Source: Raja brachyura (Eukaryota). Taken from it: 64,000 bases of DNA. Made by a program: the position numbers and the translations under genes. The notes beneath the pieces were generated by a model. That model was not told the origin of the DNA and made no database searches. It worked only from the letters and a program-made list of their open reading frames with translations. Shown in pieces: positions 60,690 to 64,000 of the stretch. Within the stretch, counting starts at the first letter, position 1. Each line of letters starts with the position of its first letter. The DNA lies in contig OY740796.1 of assembly GCA_963514005.1 (NCBI GenBank), forward strand, positions 20,832,001 to 20,896,000, read 5' to 3'.

Positions 60690-62660
60690 AAAAATCACCA
60701 TGTGGTCGAACGTACACAGCAAAGTGTGTTTTTCTGACATTGGAAATTCAACTGAAAATCTCTGAAGTATACTGGCTTTTTCTCAAAAAATCACACATAA
60801 CCATTTCAGTTAGATGTGAAATGGCACGGATAATGTGTCATTTCTACTTTCCAGTAATAATTCATTTTTTTCTTTGTGTCGGACGTACAATGTCGGACGT
60901 ACAATACCGTCGTGTCGGACGTACGTGTGTGCATTTGTTGCAGACATTTTTGTTGGTAATTAAGCCCCTATTACATCACTAACTACTTGACTTTGTCTTG
61001 CATGACAAATGAAACACACCATAGGTAACATTACTTATTTATAATATTAATGACATTAATAAAGCACTTATGTTTTAATACCTTATGTTTCTAAGCACCG
61101 TGAACAACAAGCAAATATTACAAATATCACAAAGCTCAATAAAACGATATCAAACTTAAACAAAAGAAACCTCATCAAACACAAAACAAAGAAAATATCT
61201 ATTAACCATATACTTGATAACACTTCAACATTAAAATGGGTTTAATGTATTTGACAAATAGATTTTCCTGTACAGTGTGCATTGGGATCATGTTATTAGA
61301 TCTGGAACATCTTTTCCCATCAGAATTATTACATTGAAAATAAAGCTGCTCATAAATTTGAGATCTGGTATATAATTCTGTATATTGGAGTACAATTTGA
61401 ATCATGTTAATGCAACTGTAAAAGTAAAATTTAATCCAACAACTTTAGCATAGACTTACTGAATTGTCATGCCTTCAAACATTGGCAGAACATTCTCCCA
61501 AATTGATTATTTTGTTCTCACACATTGTACAAGTGATTATTGGTTTTATTTTAATGACTCAGAATAAGAAACAAAAACATTAAGGAACATGTGAAAAGAT
61601 TATAACCAAGGTTTTTTAATACTTTTTTTAGCTATCGTGTACATGCATGTTCACAGAAAGGGGTGGAGGACCTTAGGGAAAAGGGCTTAGAAAGTAAAAA
61701 TGTATTGTCCCCTGCTGCCAGCGACCACTGGTGGAGATATTTTTTGATAACATCTTTCCTGAAATAGAAAATTTGATCTGGGTGTTGTGGCCATCTCCAA
61801 TTCAAAATTTAAACTCACCTGATCTTTGGACTGGACTGATATACAGTTGACAAATGGCAATGTAGAGTGTAATCCATGTAAATGTTGTCACAAATGCCAT
61901 AAAGTGCGTTCTGCTAAAGCCTGAAACACTTTTGGGCAGTTGCTCAATTTTGGTGAAGCAGTTTTATAGAACTAGTGTCCTACAGTGTAGAATCCAAGAC
62001 ATAAATATCTTCAGGTTGCCTTGAAAGTGACACGTTTAGCAGCTGGACAGTCTCAGAATCTTGAGAAGCCTGGATCACATCATGAGGCATGAAGGCCTAC
62101 ATGAATGCTTACCTGTTTGAACACACCACAGTATGCAAGAACTCCATCGGCTTCACACTATTGAAATCATGATCTTAGTAAACTTGCGTTGGAAACAAAG
62201 TTTTATTAATAATAGTGCTACACACTTATAATGATGCAGAGATATTGTGCTGTAATTACAAGGCCTTAAGGCATATTAATATGGCAGAAATGTATTCATT
62301 ATAAATGCCGTGTCGGACGTACATGAATATATGATGTCGGACTTTCAAAAAATTCCGACCACACATTTTTTCCTTAATTAGAGATAATTCAATAAATCTA
62401 ATGTACAGTCTTTGCAGAGGATCTAAAACTTGCTTTGCATTGAGATCCTGCAGTTAATTGAGTTCTTTGTCTTTTTGTAAAGTTAAAAAATCAAGTTTTC
62501 TTTGTTGGACGTACATGACCAAAGTACATATAATATTATAAGTAATAAATCATAACTTTAAAAAGTTTCACATTTTTTAATGTATGATCATGGATACGTT
62601 GGTTATACTGTTTATATCTATCATAGTGAGTGACATAATGCACATCATTTTCTTTTAGAA
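60690..62660. mobile_element. Probable degenerate DNA transposon with clustered TGTCGGACGTAC motifs
   Basis: 12-mer at 60877, 60891, 60913, 62311 with variants at ~60703, 62335, 62503, in AT-rich sequence. Ends not resolved. Confidence 0.4.
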
Positions 62661-62669
62661 AAAACAATA

Positions 62670-64000
62670 AATTCAATTCAATTCAATTCAACTTTAATGT
62701 CATTGCACAGATACAAGTATGGGTACAACGTAATGCAGTTTAGCGTCAGTTCGTAGTAATAGCATTATAGAAATAAATACAGAATGCAGACAATGGAGAG
62801 ACTGAAGAAATCTATCGGCGGGACTCCGAGTTCAGCAGTGAGATGGTGTTGTTGTAGAAGCTGTTCCTCATCTTACTAGTGTGGGACCTGAGGCTCCTGT
62901 ACCGCCTCCCTGATGGTAGGAGGGCAAACGGTCCATGGTTAGGGTGGGAGGGGTCTTTGATGATCTTCTCCGCCCATCTCAGACACCGTTTTCGGTGGAT
63001 GGCATCCATGGCAGGGAGCGGGGCACTGATGATGTACTGGGCGGTTTTCACCACCCGTTGTAGTGCCTTCCTATCTGCTACGGTGCAACTGCTGTACCAT
63101 ACCGTGAAGCAGGTGGTCAGGATGCTTTAGATGGTACAGCGGTAAACAGTTGGTCAGGATCTGGGGGGGACAGGTGGGCATTTTTGAACCTCCTCAGGAA
63201 GTAAAGGCACTGCTGCGCCTTTTTGATCAGCTTGGAGGTGTTGAGGGACCAGGACAGATCCTCCGAGATGTGTACCCCATGGAATTTGTAGTTGGAGACC
63301 CGCTCCACCTCAGTCCCGTTTATATGGATGGGGGTGTGTCTGCCCCCTCTGTTCTTTCTAAAGTCAACAATGATTTCCTTCGTCTTCTGGGAGTTGAGGA
63401 CGAGGTTATTGTTGGCACACCAGGTTGTCAGGTGCTGGACCTCCTCCCTGTAGGCTGACTCGTCGTTGTCACTGATCAGTCCTACCACCGTGGTGTTGTC
63501 GGCAAATTTTATGATGGTGTTGGAACCATACTTAGGGATGCAGTCATGGGTGAAGAGGGAGTAGAGGATAGGGCTGAGCATACAGCCCTGTGGCACGCCG
63601 GTGTTCAGTGTTATAGTGGAGGAGGTGAGGTTGTTGACCCTAACAGACTGTGGCCTGTTAGTGAGGAAATCCAGTGTCCAATTGCAGAGGGAGGTGGAGA
63701 TGCCAAGACCGCTGAGTTTGGTGATCAAGCTAGCGGGTATGACAGTGTTAAAGGCGGAGCTGAAGTCAATGAACAGCAACCTGATTATTGCTGTCCAGGT
63801 GGGTCAGGGCAGAGTGTAGGGCCGCCGATATGGCGTCCTCTGTAGACCTGTTTGTCCGGTAGGCAAACTGATCGGGGTCCAGTGTGGGGGGGAGGCTGGG
63901 TTTGAGGTGAGCCAAGATCAGCTGCTCAAAGCACTTGGCGATGACAGGGGTGAGTGCCACTGGCCGGAAATCGTTGAGACTCCCTGTCGCTGATTGTTTG
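62670..64000 (-). mobile_element. Rex1/Babar LINE (RT region to 3' end, frameshifted; continues beyond the window)
   Basis: [57 protein letters not shown]; (TTGAA)n tail at 62670-62690. Confidence 0.9.

Noticed and set aside
60877-60924. CRISPR-like repeat-spacer pattern
   Set aside because: 12-bp repeats with 2-10 bp gaps in vertebrate DNA and no cas genes.
57961-64000. miR-191/miR-425 cluster and NDUFAF3, expected near the DALRD3 5' end from human synteny
   Set aside because: I did not find the mature miRNA sequences or NDUFAF3 coding motifs by eye; they probably lie beyond the window.

Overview
Eukaryotic (vertebrate) genomic DNA, most likely a cartilaginous fish such as a skate (inferred from the V-SINE/CR1/Penelope repeat content). 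It matches the human 3p21 block: last coding exon of P4HTM (+, 2242-2453), complete 6-exon WDR6 (+, 13284-25752, ~1118 aa) and complete 13-exon DALRD3 (-, 58626-36749, ~561 aa). Between WDR6 and DALRD3 is a spliceable + strand ORF chain (29732-34483) that I cannot name. DALRD3 intron 9 holds a full-length, apparently intact DIRS1-type tyrosine-recombinase retrotransposon (43063-48430) with gag-like, RT/RNaseH/methyltransferase-like and YR ORFs, perfect ITR/ICR architecture, an ATT recombination core and a candidate 60-nt 5'UTR intron. Much of the rest is repeats: CR1, L2, Rex1 and L1/Tx1 fragments, tRNA-derived SINEs, Harbinger MITEs, two ~1 kb TIR elements with 7-bp TSDs, and many Penelope-derived short units carrying minimal hammerhead-ribozyme cores. 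All calls come from manual reading; no searches were run.
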